From: Thermodesulfobacteriota bacterium
GTDB lineage: Bacteria; Desulfobacterota_D; UBA1144; Nemesobacterales; Mycalebacteriaceae
Assembly: GCA_965205855.1 (NCBI GenBank)
Contig: OZ242184.1
Span: 416,001 to 480,000 of the forward strand
Length of the DNA: 64,000 nt
Direction of reading: 5' to 3'
Of this stretch, positions 20,172-29,647 are shown piece after piece. The notes under the pieces were generated by a model. The model was not told where the DNA came from, ran no database searches, and saw only the letters and a list, made by a program, of their open reading frames with translations. The position numbers were made by a program, and so were the translations under genes. Each line of letters starts with the position of its first letter. The first letter of the stretch is position 1.

Positions 20172-21255
20172 GGTTAAGCCTTCCAAACTCTTTAAGAAAT
20201 CTGCTCATCTGTTCTTTTGTGCCAATTGTCAGGCGAAGATAACCTTCCATTCCTTCAACATGCTTGTAATCGCGCACAAATATATTTGCCTTGAGCAAAT
20301 GTCTGATAAGGTTTTCTTTGATTTCCGGTTTCATTTTTAAAAGAATAAAGTTTCCGCCGCCGCTGATAATATCAAAATATTTTCCTTTGATTTCTTCCAG
20401 TTTGTTGCGGAGCCAAAGTTTTGTTTCAAGCACTTCATTAACATAAGACATTGTATAGGCAATATCATCCAGAGCCGCCATTGCCGCTATCTGGGACAGA
20501 GCCGTTACATTCTTCGGGTTTCTAATTTTGTTAAGGTGGCGGATATTCTCAACCGAAGAGATTGCATACCCTATGCGAAATCCCGCAAGGGCGAACGCTT
20601 TTGAAAATGTTCTGGAAATAATGATGTTGCCATACTCTACGGCTATGCCACTTGCGCTTTGTTTCGCAAATTCGTAATACGCTTCATCAATAATGAAAAG
20701 AGTTTCCGGAAAAGACCGCGCGAGAGTTTTTATTTCCGATGTTTTATAGACGGTTCCTGTCGGATTGTTGGGATTGCAGATATAAACTATTTTGGGTTTC
20801 AGCTTTCCGACTTGTGCCGAAAATTCGTCCGGTTGAAAATCAAAGGGCTCTTTCAATCGGTGAAATCTGACCGAAACTCCTCTGCTTTCCGCCGCCACCC
20901 GGAAATTGTCATATGTGGGGGATACTACAAGGGCACGGTCTTCGGGTTCGGTGAAGGTGCCGATAATGTATTCGTGCAAATCATCGGAACCGGAGAAATA
21001 CTGAACATTCTCCGTAGCAACTCGCGAGTATTGTGCAATCATTTCCACAATTTTTTTGTTGTTGATGTCGGGATACCAGTTCAATCGGCCGTTTGCAAGA
21101 AAGTTTTCAATCTCCCGTCTGACCTTTGGAGACGGAAGAACGGTCGCCTCATTCCAATCCAGTTTTAATATGTTTTCCCTGCCGGACAACTCCCACGCTT
21201 TGTGGGAAACGACTGGGTAAGGACGCAACTTTTTGATGTATTTGTTTGCGAACAT
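20164..21255 (-). CDS. HisC-like PLP-dependent aminotransferase (class I/II)
   Basis: KLDWNE, YPD, CNPNNPTG, DEAYYEF, RTFSKAFALAGFRIGY. Confidence 0.88.
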   Translation of the reverse strand: MFANKYIKKLRPYPVVSHKAWELSGRENILKLDWNEATVLPSPKVRREIENFLANGRLNWYPDINNKKIVEMIAQYSRVATENVQYFSGSDDLHEYIIGTFTEPEDRALVVSPTYDNFRVAAESRGVSVRFHRLKEPFDFQPDEFSAQVGKLKPKIVYICNPNNPTGTVYKTSEIKTLARSFPETLFIIDEAYYEFAKQSASGIAVEYGNIIISRTFSKAFALAGFRIGYAISSVENIRHLNKIRNPKNVTALSQIAAMAALDDIAYTMSYVNEVLETKLWLRNKLEEIKGKYFDIISGGGNFILLKMKPEIKENLIRHLLKANIFVRDYKHVEGMEGYLRLTIGTKEQMSRFLKEFGRLNHA

Positions 21256-21261
21256 AGTATT

Positions 21262-22620
21262 TTACTTGTTTATACGGTTGAACTTGTTTGGAACTTCAGA
21301 CATGACCGCTCTGAATTTGTTTCCCGCTCCAAAACCTATTCTGTCAACTATGCGAAAATCAAAGTTAACTCCCGCAAATCTCTGTCTGACTGTTCTCTCA
21401 AACAGAGAAAATTCCCGTTCATTTTTCTCAAACGGAAGGATTTTGATTTCTATATCCGAATGGGATTTTTGTATCACTTGAAACCTTTCAATCCATAATT
21501 GGTCGCGGAAAATTATATGCCACAGGTGAGAGAAGATAATTGAGCCGTCCGCCAATTCAAATATGTCGTTGGTTCTGCCTTCAACTGATACAAAATAACG
21601 GAAGTTTTCGCCGTAATCATAAAAACTGTCGTCCACAACCGCCATATCCCCAATTTGAAAGCGGATAAACGGCATTGCGGTTGCAGTCAGGTTGGTCAGG
21701 GTTATCAAACCCTGATTTCCCGGCTTGACCGGTTCGTCATTCTCGTCAAGAACTTCCACGAAATAAAGATCTTCGGAGATTATCATATTGCGTGAATCTT
21801 TGCTGCTGCACGCGATAGCACTGGCTTCCGATGCTCCGTAGAAATTGATAACAGGGCATTGAAAAGATTCTTCAAGCGTGTGCCAAACTGTTGGAGACAG
21901 ATATTCCGCCGCCGCTATTATTCTTTTGAGTCCCGCAATCCGCAAGTTATTTCTGCGCATATACTCGGCAACGGAAAACAGCGCGCTGACATAGCCATGT
22001 ATAACTTTGGGTTTGAACTCAAGAATTGACTTGACGGAAAAGGCGATTTTTTCTTTTGTAAGAGCGCTACTGACAGGGCTTGCCACATCTCCTACGGACA
22101 GAAACAGGTAAAGACCGTTCTGAATACGTTCCAACTCCTTATTGGTGTGTTTTTTAGACCTCCAGAGCATACAGTAGGGGTTATATCTGCGAATGCCGGC
22201 ATCGTGATAAACTCGTTGCTTCACTCTTTTCTTTTTCAACATACTGTCTTGGCTGAAGAAAATTTCTGTCGGAACTCCGGTTGAGCCTGTGGTTTTCGCG
22301 TAATGCAGGTTCTTTTTGTCAAAATTTCCGCACAAAACCAGATTGTTTAGACATGCCGCTTTGAACGTCTCTTTTTTAACAATCGGTAACAAGCGTATTT
22401 CATCAAGCGTTTTTAGCTTAAAGTCCGGTGAAATGTGGTTTTTTCCGTAAATGTCTGCGTAGAAGCCGGAGTTGGCACGGGCATTGGAAAGCATGTCGTT
22501 AATTTTCGCAATCTGGTAGTCGCGGAGATTTCCCGAATGAATGTATTGTTTCAGGAAAAAACGCTTGCTCCAGTATTTTAAGAATTCAATTTTTCCGTAC
22601 GTTATTTTTTTTACATTCAT
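21262..22620 (-). CDS. Phenylacetate-CoA ligase/CapK-like adenylate-forming enzyme
   Basis: KTTGSTGVP, YGASE, TNL...AMPFIRFQIGD, EGRTND; start set at MNVKK. Confidence 0.85.
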   Translation of the reverse strand: MNVKKITYGKIEFLKYWSKRFFLKQYIHSGNLRDYQIAKINDMLSNARANSGFYADIYGKNHISPDFKLKTLDEIRLLPIVKKETFKAACLNNLVLCGNFDKKNLHYAKTTGSTGVPTEIFFSQDSMLKKKRVKQRVYHDAGIRRYNPYCMLWRSKKHTNKELERIQNGLYLFLSVGDVASPVSSALTKEKIAFSVKSILEFKPKVIHGYVSALFSVAEYMRRNNLRIAGLKRIIAAAEYLSPTVWHTLEESFQCPVINFYGASEASAIACSSKDSRNMIISEDLYFVEVLDENDEPVKPGNQGLITLTNLTATAMPFIRFQIGDMAVVDDSFYDYGENFRYFVSVEGRTNDIFELADGSIIFSHLWHIIFRDQLWIERFQVIQKSHSDIEIKILPFEKNEREFSLFERTVRQRFAGVNFDFRIVDRIGFGAGNKFRAVMSEVPNKFNRINK

Positions 22621-22685
22621 TTCAGTTTTTACATCTGGAACAAGATAGTAGCACAAACTCTTTTTGTATTACGGTCTTTACAAAG

Positions 22686-23837
22686 TCAAATTTTAGAAAC
22701 CTGCCGGAACAGTTTTTCATACTCGGAAATCATCTTTTCCATTGTAAAATTCCGCGAACGTTCTTTTGCATTATGAGACAAACTTTCGCGCAGTTCCGTA
22801 TTTTTCAAAACCCGCTCAATCGCGTCAGCCATTGCGTTTGTATCTCCAACGGGAACAAGAATCCCGCTTTTTCCGTCCTCAATGATTTCATTTGCGCCGT
22901 AAGGGAAGTCTGTTGAAACGATTGGTTTTCCAAGCGTAACCGCTTCAAGAAGAGTGTTGGAAAATCCTTCGTGAACGGACGGCTGGACATACAAATCCGC
23001 AGCTGTCATAAAAGGGTAGGGGTTGGTTTTTATTCCTGTTAATTCAACACAGCTTGAAAGTTCCAACTGTTCAATTTTCTTTGTTAGGGTATTGCGCATT
23101 ACTCCCTCCCCAACTATCAAAAGCCGTACCTTAATTCTTTTGTTCAGTATGGCAAATGCGTCAATCAAGTTCTCAAAGCCCTTTTGTTTTGCAAGGCGAG
23201 CCACAGAGACGCACAAGGGCGTGTCTCCGCCAATCCACCTGTGGCTTATTGGCTCTTTTGCGCGTTTTTCTATGAGTTCCAAATCTGCACCGTTGTAAAT
23301 GACCATAGGCTTTGATTTGAGTTTCAGATATTTTTGCTGGTAAACCGCAAGCCCTTCAGAATTTGCTACCGTTCGGGATGGAAGGTCAAGTTTTGAAATC
23401 AGTTTTACCCAAACACGGGCGATAAAGTTGTCTTTTTTCTGCTTGAACGTGAGAGAGTTTGGTTTTTTCTGGATATTAACATGAGCGGTAACGGTCGGTA
23501 TCCCTGCGATTTTTCCGGCGATTGCCACAGGGGCGTGTTCAAGTCGCGTGTAAATCAAATTAGGGGGCGGGTTGAATTCTCTCAGAGTTTTTATCAACGA
23601 GAAAGTTTTCAGCACGGTCTTGAAAGGAGGTTTGGGGTGGATATTCGAGAATATAACCTTAACTTCTGCGGGTATGTCTTTCATCAGATGTTCCCGCTTG
23701 GTGAAAACAAAAATGGCGGTATTTAATCCTTTTTCCGCCAGTCCTTTTGCAATCGCGATTGTCTGTTTTTCCGCTCCTCCGGTTTCAAGGTGAGGTAAAA
23801 CCATTAGAATTTCCGTCTTATTCTCTTGTTTGTTCAA
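22686..23837 (-). CDS. Glycosyltransferase family 4
   Basis: GGAEKQ, VARL.KQKGF, NPYPFM, EGFSNTLLEA. Confidence 0.9.
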   Translation of the reverse strand: MNKQENKTEILMVLPHLETGGAEKQTIAIAKGLAEKGLNTAIFVFTKREHLMKDIPAEVKVIFSNIHPKPPFKTVLKTFSLIKTLREFNPPPNLIYTRLEHAPVAIAGKIAGIPTVTAHVNIQKKPNSLTFKQKKDNFIARVWVKLISKLDLPSRTVANSEGLAVYQQKYLKLKSKPMVIYNGADLELIEKRAKEPISHRWIGGDTPLCVSVARLAKQKGFENLIDAFAILNKRIKVRLLIVGEGVMRNTLTKKIEQLELSSCVELTGIKTNPYPFMTAADLYVQPSVHEGFSNTLLEAVTLGKPIVSTDFPYGANEIIEDGKSGILVPVGDTNAMADAIERVLKNTELRESLSHNAKERSRNFTMEKMISEYEKLFRQVSKI

Positions 23838-23922
23838 TGTCTTAATGTGTCGGGAATTGTTGGGTTTGGAAACAATAGTATAGCATATTGGAGCCTAATC
23901 ATTTCGGAAATACACAACGGAA

Positions 23923-25083
23923 ATGCATGTCAAAAAAATCATCTATGTCCACCGCTCCGCTTTTCCGGGTCCCAAAGCCCATCATGCGGCGATGCTGAAA
24001 ATGCTTGATTCCTTCCTCAAAATAGAAGGGTTGAGCGCTTCTCTTGTGTTGCGGAAGTATCAAAGAGATTTCACAGACAACATAAAAGACTACTTCGGGC
24101 TGACAAACGATGTGAAAATCAAAGCGCCCCCGTATGCGGGGTTTTTGCCATTCCGTCTGGACTTTTTCTGGCGCCGCTCGCTTGAGAGTGAATTTCGCGC
24201 AATTTCCGAACATTTTCCCCGTGGTGAAGCGGTGATTTATTTCAGATATTCGGGAGTTACGGGAAAGAGAATGGCGGATTATGCAAGAAAGAGCGGATTG
24301 CCTTTTTTCTGTGAAGTCCATACGCAGATAAAGTCGCGCAAAGAGGTTGCTTATTTGAAGGAGATGAAAGGGATTGTTGTCATTACCGACTGGTTGCGCG
24401 GTCATTTGGTTGATATGGGCATTGAATCGCGGAAAATTTTAACTGCTCCGAGTGGAATTGATGTCGGTTTTTATGACAAAAAACGGCAATGCTCAAAAGA
24501 GCGGATAAGAGAAAAACTGTCCCTTCCTTCGGACAGAAAACTTGTTGTCTATACGGGCAAGCCGTATAAGGGGAGAGGTGCGGAAATCCTGATTGAGAGT
24601 TCAAAGTTTCTCGGCGATTCCGTGCTGGTTTTAATTGTGGGAGCGTTGCCGGAAGACTTGAAACGGCTTCGCGCACTTGTTGAACAAAACGGCTTACAGG
24701 ATAAGGTAAAAATTGAAGGTCATATACCGGCGTATCAAGTTCCCTCCTATCAGATTGGCGCCGATGTTCTTGTAATGCCTTACTCCCAAGACTGGGACCT
24801 TAAACTGGTTTCTTCGCCGGTCAAGATGTTTGAATATATGGCTTCAGGCAATCCGGTTGTTTCAAGCGACTTTCCGAATATCAGGGAAGCTTTGTCCGAA
24901 GAGAACAGCGTTCTGGTTCCGCCGGACAATCCGCGCCTTCTTGCAGGTGGCATAATAAAATGTCTGGAAGACACCGATTTGGCGAGCCGCATATCCGCAA
25001 ACGCGCTTAAATGCGCAAAGTCACAATACGGCTGGGATAACAGAGCCGCAAAGGTTACAGGTTTTATCAACTCCCAACTTTAA
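23923..25083 (+). CDS. Glycosyltransferase family 4
   Basis: VYTG...GRG.E.L, SPVKMFEYMASG.PVV. Confidence 0.88.
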   Translation: MHVKKIIYVHRSAFPGPKAHHAAMLKMLDSFLKIEGLSASLVLRKYQRDFTDNIKDYFGLTNDVKIKAPPYAGFLPFRLDFFWRRSLESEFRAISEHFPRGEAVIYFRYSGVTGKRMADYARKSGLPFFCEVHTQIKSRKEVAYLKEMKGIVVITDWLRGHLVDMGIESRKILTAPSGIDVGFYDKKRQCSKERIREKLSLPSDRKLVVYTGKPYKGRGAEILIESSKFLGDSVLVLIVGALPEDLKRLRALVEQNGLQDKVKIEGHIPAYQVPSYQIGADVLVMPYSQDWDLKLVSSPVKMFEYMASGNPVVSSDFPNIREALSEENSVLVPPDNPRLLAGGIIKCLEDTDLASRISANALKCAKSQYGWDNRAAKVTGFINSQL

Positions 25084-25212
25084 GTTTTTGCCGTGGCGTA
25101 GGGTTGTCATTTCCGTAAAACAGGCGGGCAAGTGTTAGAATACTTCCAATCCTTTTGCCGGTTCATAATTGCAGACGGAAAGCCGGAAGGATGAACTGGA
25201 TTTGACCGCATA

Positions 25213-26529
25213 ATGAAAGAAAAATCGTCATCTTCCGAGAGAAAAAATCTCAGAAAAAATATCTCATGGCTTTTCGGCGGCGGAATGGGCGGCTCTGTCT
25301 TCGCAATGGCAGAAGTGGTTTTGCTGACCCGTTTTCTCGGACTGGAAATGTTCGGACTTTTCACCGTTGTTACGGCATATGTAAAAATTTTAAAGGAGCT
25401 TCTTGACTTAAAAGTTACCGAAGCGGTTGTCAAATATGTCGGGCAGTGTTGGGAAAGAAAGGAAAGGGAAAAAACCGTTTCGTTTATTAAATTTTTCTAT
25501 CTGATAGATTTTGTTACGGGCATTGTCGCCTTTCTTGTCGCGCTTTTGCTTGCGGAAATCGCGAACAGTTTTTTCATTAAATCCGATAACGCCTTTGAGC
25601 TGGTTTTTATCTACTCGTTCAGTCTCCTAATTGGCACGGTCAACACAACTTCAAGGTCAGTACTGGAAGTTTTCAACAAATTTGCGAATGTTGCCCTTGT
25701 GGAAATGTCCGCCGTTGCGGTAAGGGTGGCTTTTGTTGCGGCGGCTCTTATCTTCGGATTCGGGATAAAGGGCGCTCTTTTGGGTTACGCTGTGTCGGCT
25801 TTTGTATACTTTGTCGTCCTTCAATTTTTTGTGAACGGCGCTTTGAAAAAGCGGGGAGTGTCCGCATGGTTCGGGGCAAGCCTCAAGCCGGTTTACAAGG
25901 AAATTCGTGGCGCTATGACTTTCATTCTGAGTTCAACCGCCAACTCGTTTATAAGCAAGGTTTTCAACAGGGAGTTTCCAATACTGTTGCTCGGGCATTT
26001 CTTCACCGCCGAAATTGCCGGACTTTATAAAACGGCGACCAGTTTTACAAATGTTATAGGGAAATTGAGCACTCCCGCCACCCGCGCAATTTATCCCGCG
26101 CTTGTGAGTCTTGAAGAGCGGCTTTCCTATAGCGTATTCAGGCAACTTGTTTCATATTCAATGAGAGTTCTGGCAAAGTTTTTTGTTCCCGTGGGAGCCC
26201 TGTTTTTTATATTTGCCGAACAGATTATAGAGATCTTTTTCGGGTCGGAGTATGTTCCGGCGGCGAAAGCGATGAGAATAATTGTCGTGGCGGAGGTCGT
26301 ATTGAACCTTGGTTTTTGGATAAACGCGGTTCTTCTCGCGCTTGGAAGGATATGGTTGAAAACGGGTTTTACACTTGTTGCCGCGCTTATTTACACGGGC
26401 GCGTTGTTTCTGCTTGCTCCAATTTATTCGTTTGAAGGAGCCGCTTTTGCCCGGCTTGTTTTCTCTTTGACTGTTGTTCCCATTGGTATTTTTCTTTTCG
26501 GGTATATAAAGAGAAGAGAGGAGGAATAA
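25213..26529 (+). CDS. Wzx-like oligosaccharide flippase
   Basis: About 12 TM segments, TRFLG...FG, G.Y..A motifs; located among GT genes. Confidence 0.82.
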   Translation: MKEKSSSSERKNLRKNISWLFGGGMGGSVFAMAEVVLLTRFLGLEMFGLFTVVTAYVKILKELLDLKVTEAVVKYVGQCWERKEREKTVSFIKFFYLIDFVTGIVAFLVALLLAEIANSFFIKSDNAFELVFIYSFSLLIGTVNTTSRSVLEVFNKFANVALVEMSAVAVRVAFVAAALIFGFGIKGALLGYAVSAFVYFVVLQFFVNGALKKRGVSAWFGASLKPVYKEIRGAMTFILSSTANSFISKVFNREFPILLLGHFFTAEIAGLYKTATSFTNVIGKLSTPATRAIYPALVSLEERLSYSVFRQLVSYSMRVLAKFFVPVGALFFIFAEQIIEIFFGSEYVPAAKAMRIIVVAEVVLNLGFWINAVLLALGRIWLKTGFTLVAALIYTGALFLLAPIYSFEGAAFARLVFSLTVVPIGIFLFGYIKRREEE

Positions 26530-26632
26530 CCTTTTCCCAAATGCTATACGGCGGAGAGGCGCTCTGCTGACAACGGATCCAAGTTTACTTGTAGTGCGGA
26601 ATGTATTAGATTTTCATGTAAAGGGGTAACAA

Positions 26633-26893
26633 GTGGACAAGGAGAAAATTGAAAAAACCAGAACAAAAGTCAAGGAAAACTTTGATTACTTTCGGAAACA
26701 GTTGCCAACAATAGCGGTGGCAAAGCGTGGCAAAACTGCTCTGCTTCATGAGAAACAGATTGACGGTTTTTACAACACTGATGAGGAAGCAATAGAAGAA
26801 GGAATTAAAAAATACGGATTGGGCAACTTTTCAGTTCAACAAGTAGGCGAACCGCCTATTGAATTGGGGTTTCAGTCTTATGCCCTCTTTTAG
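26633..26893 (+). CDS. Small (86 aa) DUF5678-like protein
   Basis: NFDYF..QLP.I...GK.ALLHE..I.GFY...EEA...G...YG...FSVQ.V pattern (family assignment from recall); AGGGG RBS, GTG start; overlaps next gene. Confidence 0.6.
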   Translation: MDKEKIEKTRTKVKENFDYFRKQLPTIAVAKRGKTALLHEKQIDGFYNTDEEAIEEGIKKYGLGNFSVQQVGEPPIELGFQSYALF

Positions 26894-27371
26894 CAAGCGC
26901 CTGAATCGCGGGCAGTTTCTTGTCAGTGTTAAAATCGTGAAATCCCAATCGGGTAGTCAACCCTCTCGGTTGTTGGAGACCTTGGTAAAATCCCCGCCGA
27001 AACAAGCCCTTCTTGATACCGGCGCAACAACAACTTGCATATCTCATGAATGTGTGGATGAGTTAGATTTGTCACCGATTGGGATGACGGAGATACAAAC
27101 CGCCACAGACAGAAGGCAAGTTTCTCAGTATCTGATTGCTTTTGCAATTCCTGTTACCAAAACTGCCGTTAAAGAAACAAAAAAACAGGATGGTAACAAA
27201 GGTTTTGAAACAGTGTTTGCAGGACAAGAGAATTGGGCGCATATCAGACACAAGGTTAATGAGTTGCCTCCTTTGGGCGAAGGCAGAGGTTTTGATATGA
27301 TTTTGGGAATGGACATACTTTCTCAGACACATATAACTATGTTTGGTGGTAACCTGATTATGTCTTTTTAA
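26880..27371 (+). CDS. Retropepsin-like (clan AA) aspartyl protease
   Basis: ALLDTGATTTCIS catalytic motif and ILGMDIL second motif; ATG lies inside the 3' end of the upstream gene; no signal peptide. Confidence 0.85.
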   Translation: MPSFSKRLNRGQFLVSVKIVKSQSGSQPSRLLETLVKSPPKQALLDTGATTTCISHECVDELDLSPIGMTEIQTATDRRQVSQYLIAFAIPVTKTAVKETKKQDGNKGFETVFAGQENWAHIRHKVNELPPLGEGRGFDMILGMDILSQTHITMFGGNLIMSF

Positions 27372-27392
27372 GATTTGTCTGCGTATTTTCCC

Positions 27393-28535
27393 TCAACCTC
27401 CGACAACCTCACGAAACAGTTTTTCATATTCTTTTATATTTCTCTCAACTGAAAACCTCCGCGCTCTTTCCAGCGCGTTTTTTGAAAGGGTTTGTCTGAG
27501 TTTCCCATCCTCCAAAACTTGCAATATGGCTTCCGCCATTGCTCTTGGGTCTGATACCGGAACAAGGATGCCGCTTTTGCCGTCTTCAATGATTTCATTC
27601 GCGCCGAATTTATGGTCGGTGCTGACAACGGGGACACCGAGGGCGAGCGCCTCAAGAAGCGAGTTGGAAAAACCTTCGTAAAGCGATGAGGAAACATAAA
27701 CGTCCGCCGCTTTCATAAACGGATACGGATTCGGTTTCTCTCCGGCAAGCAAAACACGGTCGCCGAGGTTCAACATTTTAATCTGCGCAAGCAACCTCTC
27801 TCTTTCCCCGTCCAGTTCTCTGCCTCCGAGTATCATAAGCCGCACGTCCGTGGTTTCGGCGACAATCGCAAAAGCGTCTATCAAATTGCCGAACCCTTTT
27901 TGCGGAGCAATCCTTCCCGCAGAAACTATGAGAGGCGTTTGTCCGTCTTTCGTCCACGGGTGAGTTGCCGCTTCCGCGCTTTTTTTCTCTATGTGCCCGA
28001 AGTCCAGCCCGTTGTGGATTACAGACGGTCTGCGTTTCAGTTTCCAGAATCTTTTTGCCTCATCCGCAAGCGCGCAACAGTTTGCCACGACACGCGTCGC
28101 GAGTTTTCTTGAGGTTTTGCGCACAATGAATGTTTGCAGATGGTGCAGAGCCGGCTTCACAATTTTAAGGGATTTTGAAGGATTAGCTATTTCGGCAACA
28201 ACCACGGGTATTCCGAGTAATTTTCCCGCAATCGTGCACGGAAGCGGCATAACCCGCGCATAGATTACATCCGGTTTCAGTTTTCTCGCCGCCCGTATTA
28301 CCGACACTGCTCTGAGAATTGGTTTGAGAGGCCATATTTCGGTGGTTTTTATGTCCGAATAAGTGATTGCGGACATCAGTTCCGAGCCGATGTCTTCATT
28401 GAAACCGCTCTCTTTTTTGAGCACGAAAATTGACACTTCAATATCTTTGCGCCCGTTAAAACCTTTCGCCATTGTGAAAATCTGCTTTTCCGCCCCGCCG
28501 ATTTGCAGGCTCTGGTTTACAAACATAATTTTCAT
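27393..28535 (-). CDS. Glycosyltransferase family 4
   Basis: GGAEKQ, AGRI.PQKGF, NPYPFM, EGFSNSLLEA. Confidence 0.9.
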   Translation of the reverse strand: MKIMFVNQSLQIGGAEKQIFTMAKGFNGRKDIEVSIFVLKKESGFNEDIGSELMSAITYSDIKTTEIWPLKPILRAVSVIRAARKLKPDVIYARVMPLPCTIAGKLLGIPVVVAEIANPSKSLKIVKPALHHLQTFIVRKTSRKLATRVVANCCALADEAKRFWKLKRRPSVIHNGLDFGHIEKKSAEAATHPWTKDGQTPLIVSAGRIAPQKGFGNLIDAFAIVAETTDVRLMILGGRELDGERERLLAQIKMLNLGDRVLLAGEKPNPYPFMKAADVYVSSSLYEGFSNSLLEALALGVPVVSTDHKFGANEIIEDGKSGILVPVSDPRAMAEAILQVLEDGKLRQTLSKNALERARRFSVERNIKEYEKLFREVVGG

Positions 28536-29647
28536 TGCCGCGTCTCCGCGGTGAGTTTGAATATGCGCAATTTCTCACGGGTCATTTTTTCAACGCTGAA
28601 GAATTCCGCTCTGTGTTTCGCGTTTTCGGTGATTCCTTTGCGTAATTTTTCGTCTTTCAAGACCCGCTCAATTGCCTCCGCCATCGCGCACACGTTCCCG
28701 ACCGGCACAAGAATACCGCTTTTGCCGTCCTCAATAATCTCATTTGCTCCGTAACTGTAATCGGTTGACACAACGGGCATGCCGATTGCGAGCGCTTCGG
28801 CAAGAACAAGACCGAATCCTTCAAACAGAGACGAGCAGACAAACACATCGCACTTTGCCATGTATTTGTGAGGGTTGAAAACCGCTCCCGTGAAATCAAC
28901 TTTGTCGCTGATTCCAAGACATTCGGCTTTGCGGGCAATTTTGTCTCTGAGCGGACCCCCGCCGATTAAAAGAAGTCGCAAAGGGGTTGTTCTGTTCACC
29001 ATTGCAACCGCTTCCACAAGGTTTTCAAACCCCTTTTGAGCAATAAGGCGTCCTACCGCAACGGCAATGGGCGCGTCTTCTTCAAACCACCGGTGTTGCG
29101 CCTGTTGGAGGGAAAAGTCCCTTGTCAGTTCGGTGTCTATGCCGTTGTGGACGGTTGTCGACTCAACTCCCAGAGTCTTGTGCATATCCTTTCTTCCTTC
29201 CTCGGATATGGTTATCACACGGTCGGCCGTTTTGTAGAAGGAGGATTTGAACATTCCCGCTGCGGCTTTCCAAACGGCGGAGCGACCGCTCATTTTTTTC
29301 ATCAAGTTGTTGTCTTCCACAACAACGGTTTTGATTCCGAGCATTTTTCCGCAGATGATTGCGGCGGGTTTTACGCCCCAGAGCCTTGCGTATATGATGT
29401 CCGGTTTCTTTCTTTTCGCAACCTTGTGTATTTGAGCCAACTTTGAGAAGAAATTTGCGCTTCTGTCGCGAAAAATAACCTCAATTCCGTCCGACAGCAG
29501 GGGGATTAAATCCCCTTTTGAATCGGTCAGCAGAATCGTAATCTCACATCCCTCGCGCTCAAGCCCGTTGGCAAGGGCTATTATCTGTTTTTCCGACCCG
29601 CCTCCGTGCCCGAGATTGAGGTGGGGTGCGACCATCATTATTTTCAT
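28532..29647 (-). CDS. Glycosyltransferase family 4
   Basis: GGSEKQ, VGRL.AQKGF, EGFGLVLAEA. Confidence 0.9.
   Translation of the reverse strand: MKIMMVAPHLNLGHGGGSEKQIIALANGLEREGCEITILLTDSKGDLIPLLSDGIEVIFRDRSANFFSKLAQIHKVAKRKKPDIIYARLWGVKPAAIICGKMLGIKTVVVEDNNLMKKMSGRSAVWKAAAGMFKSSFYKTADRVITISEEGRKDMHKTLGVESTTVHNGIDTELTRDFSLQQAQHRWFEEDAPIAVAVGRLIAQKGFENLVEAVAMVNRTTPLRLLLIGGGPLRDKIARKAECLGISDKVDFTGAVFNPHKYMAKCDVFVCSSLFEGFGLVLAEALAIGMPVVSTDYSYGANEIIEDGKSGILVPVGNVCAMAEAIERVLKDEKLRKGITENAKHRAEFFSVEKMTREKLRIFKLTAETRQ

Noticed and set aside
29268-29280. 13-nt match TTCCAAACGGCGG between spacer 17 and a GT4 gene (self-targeting?)
   Set aside because: Short internal match with divergent flanks; compatible with chance
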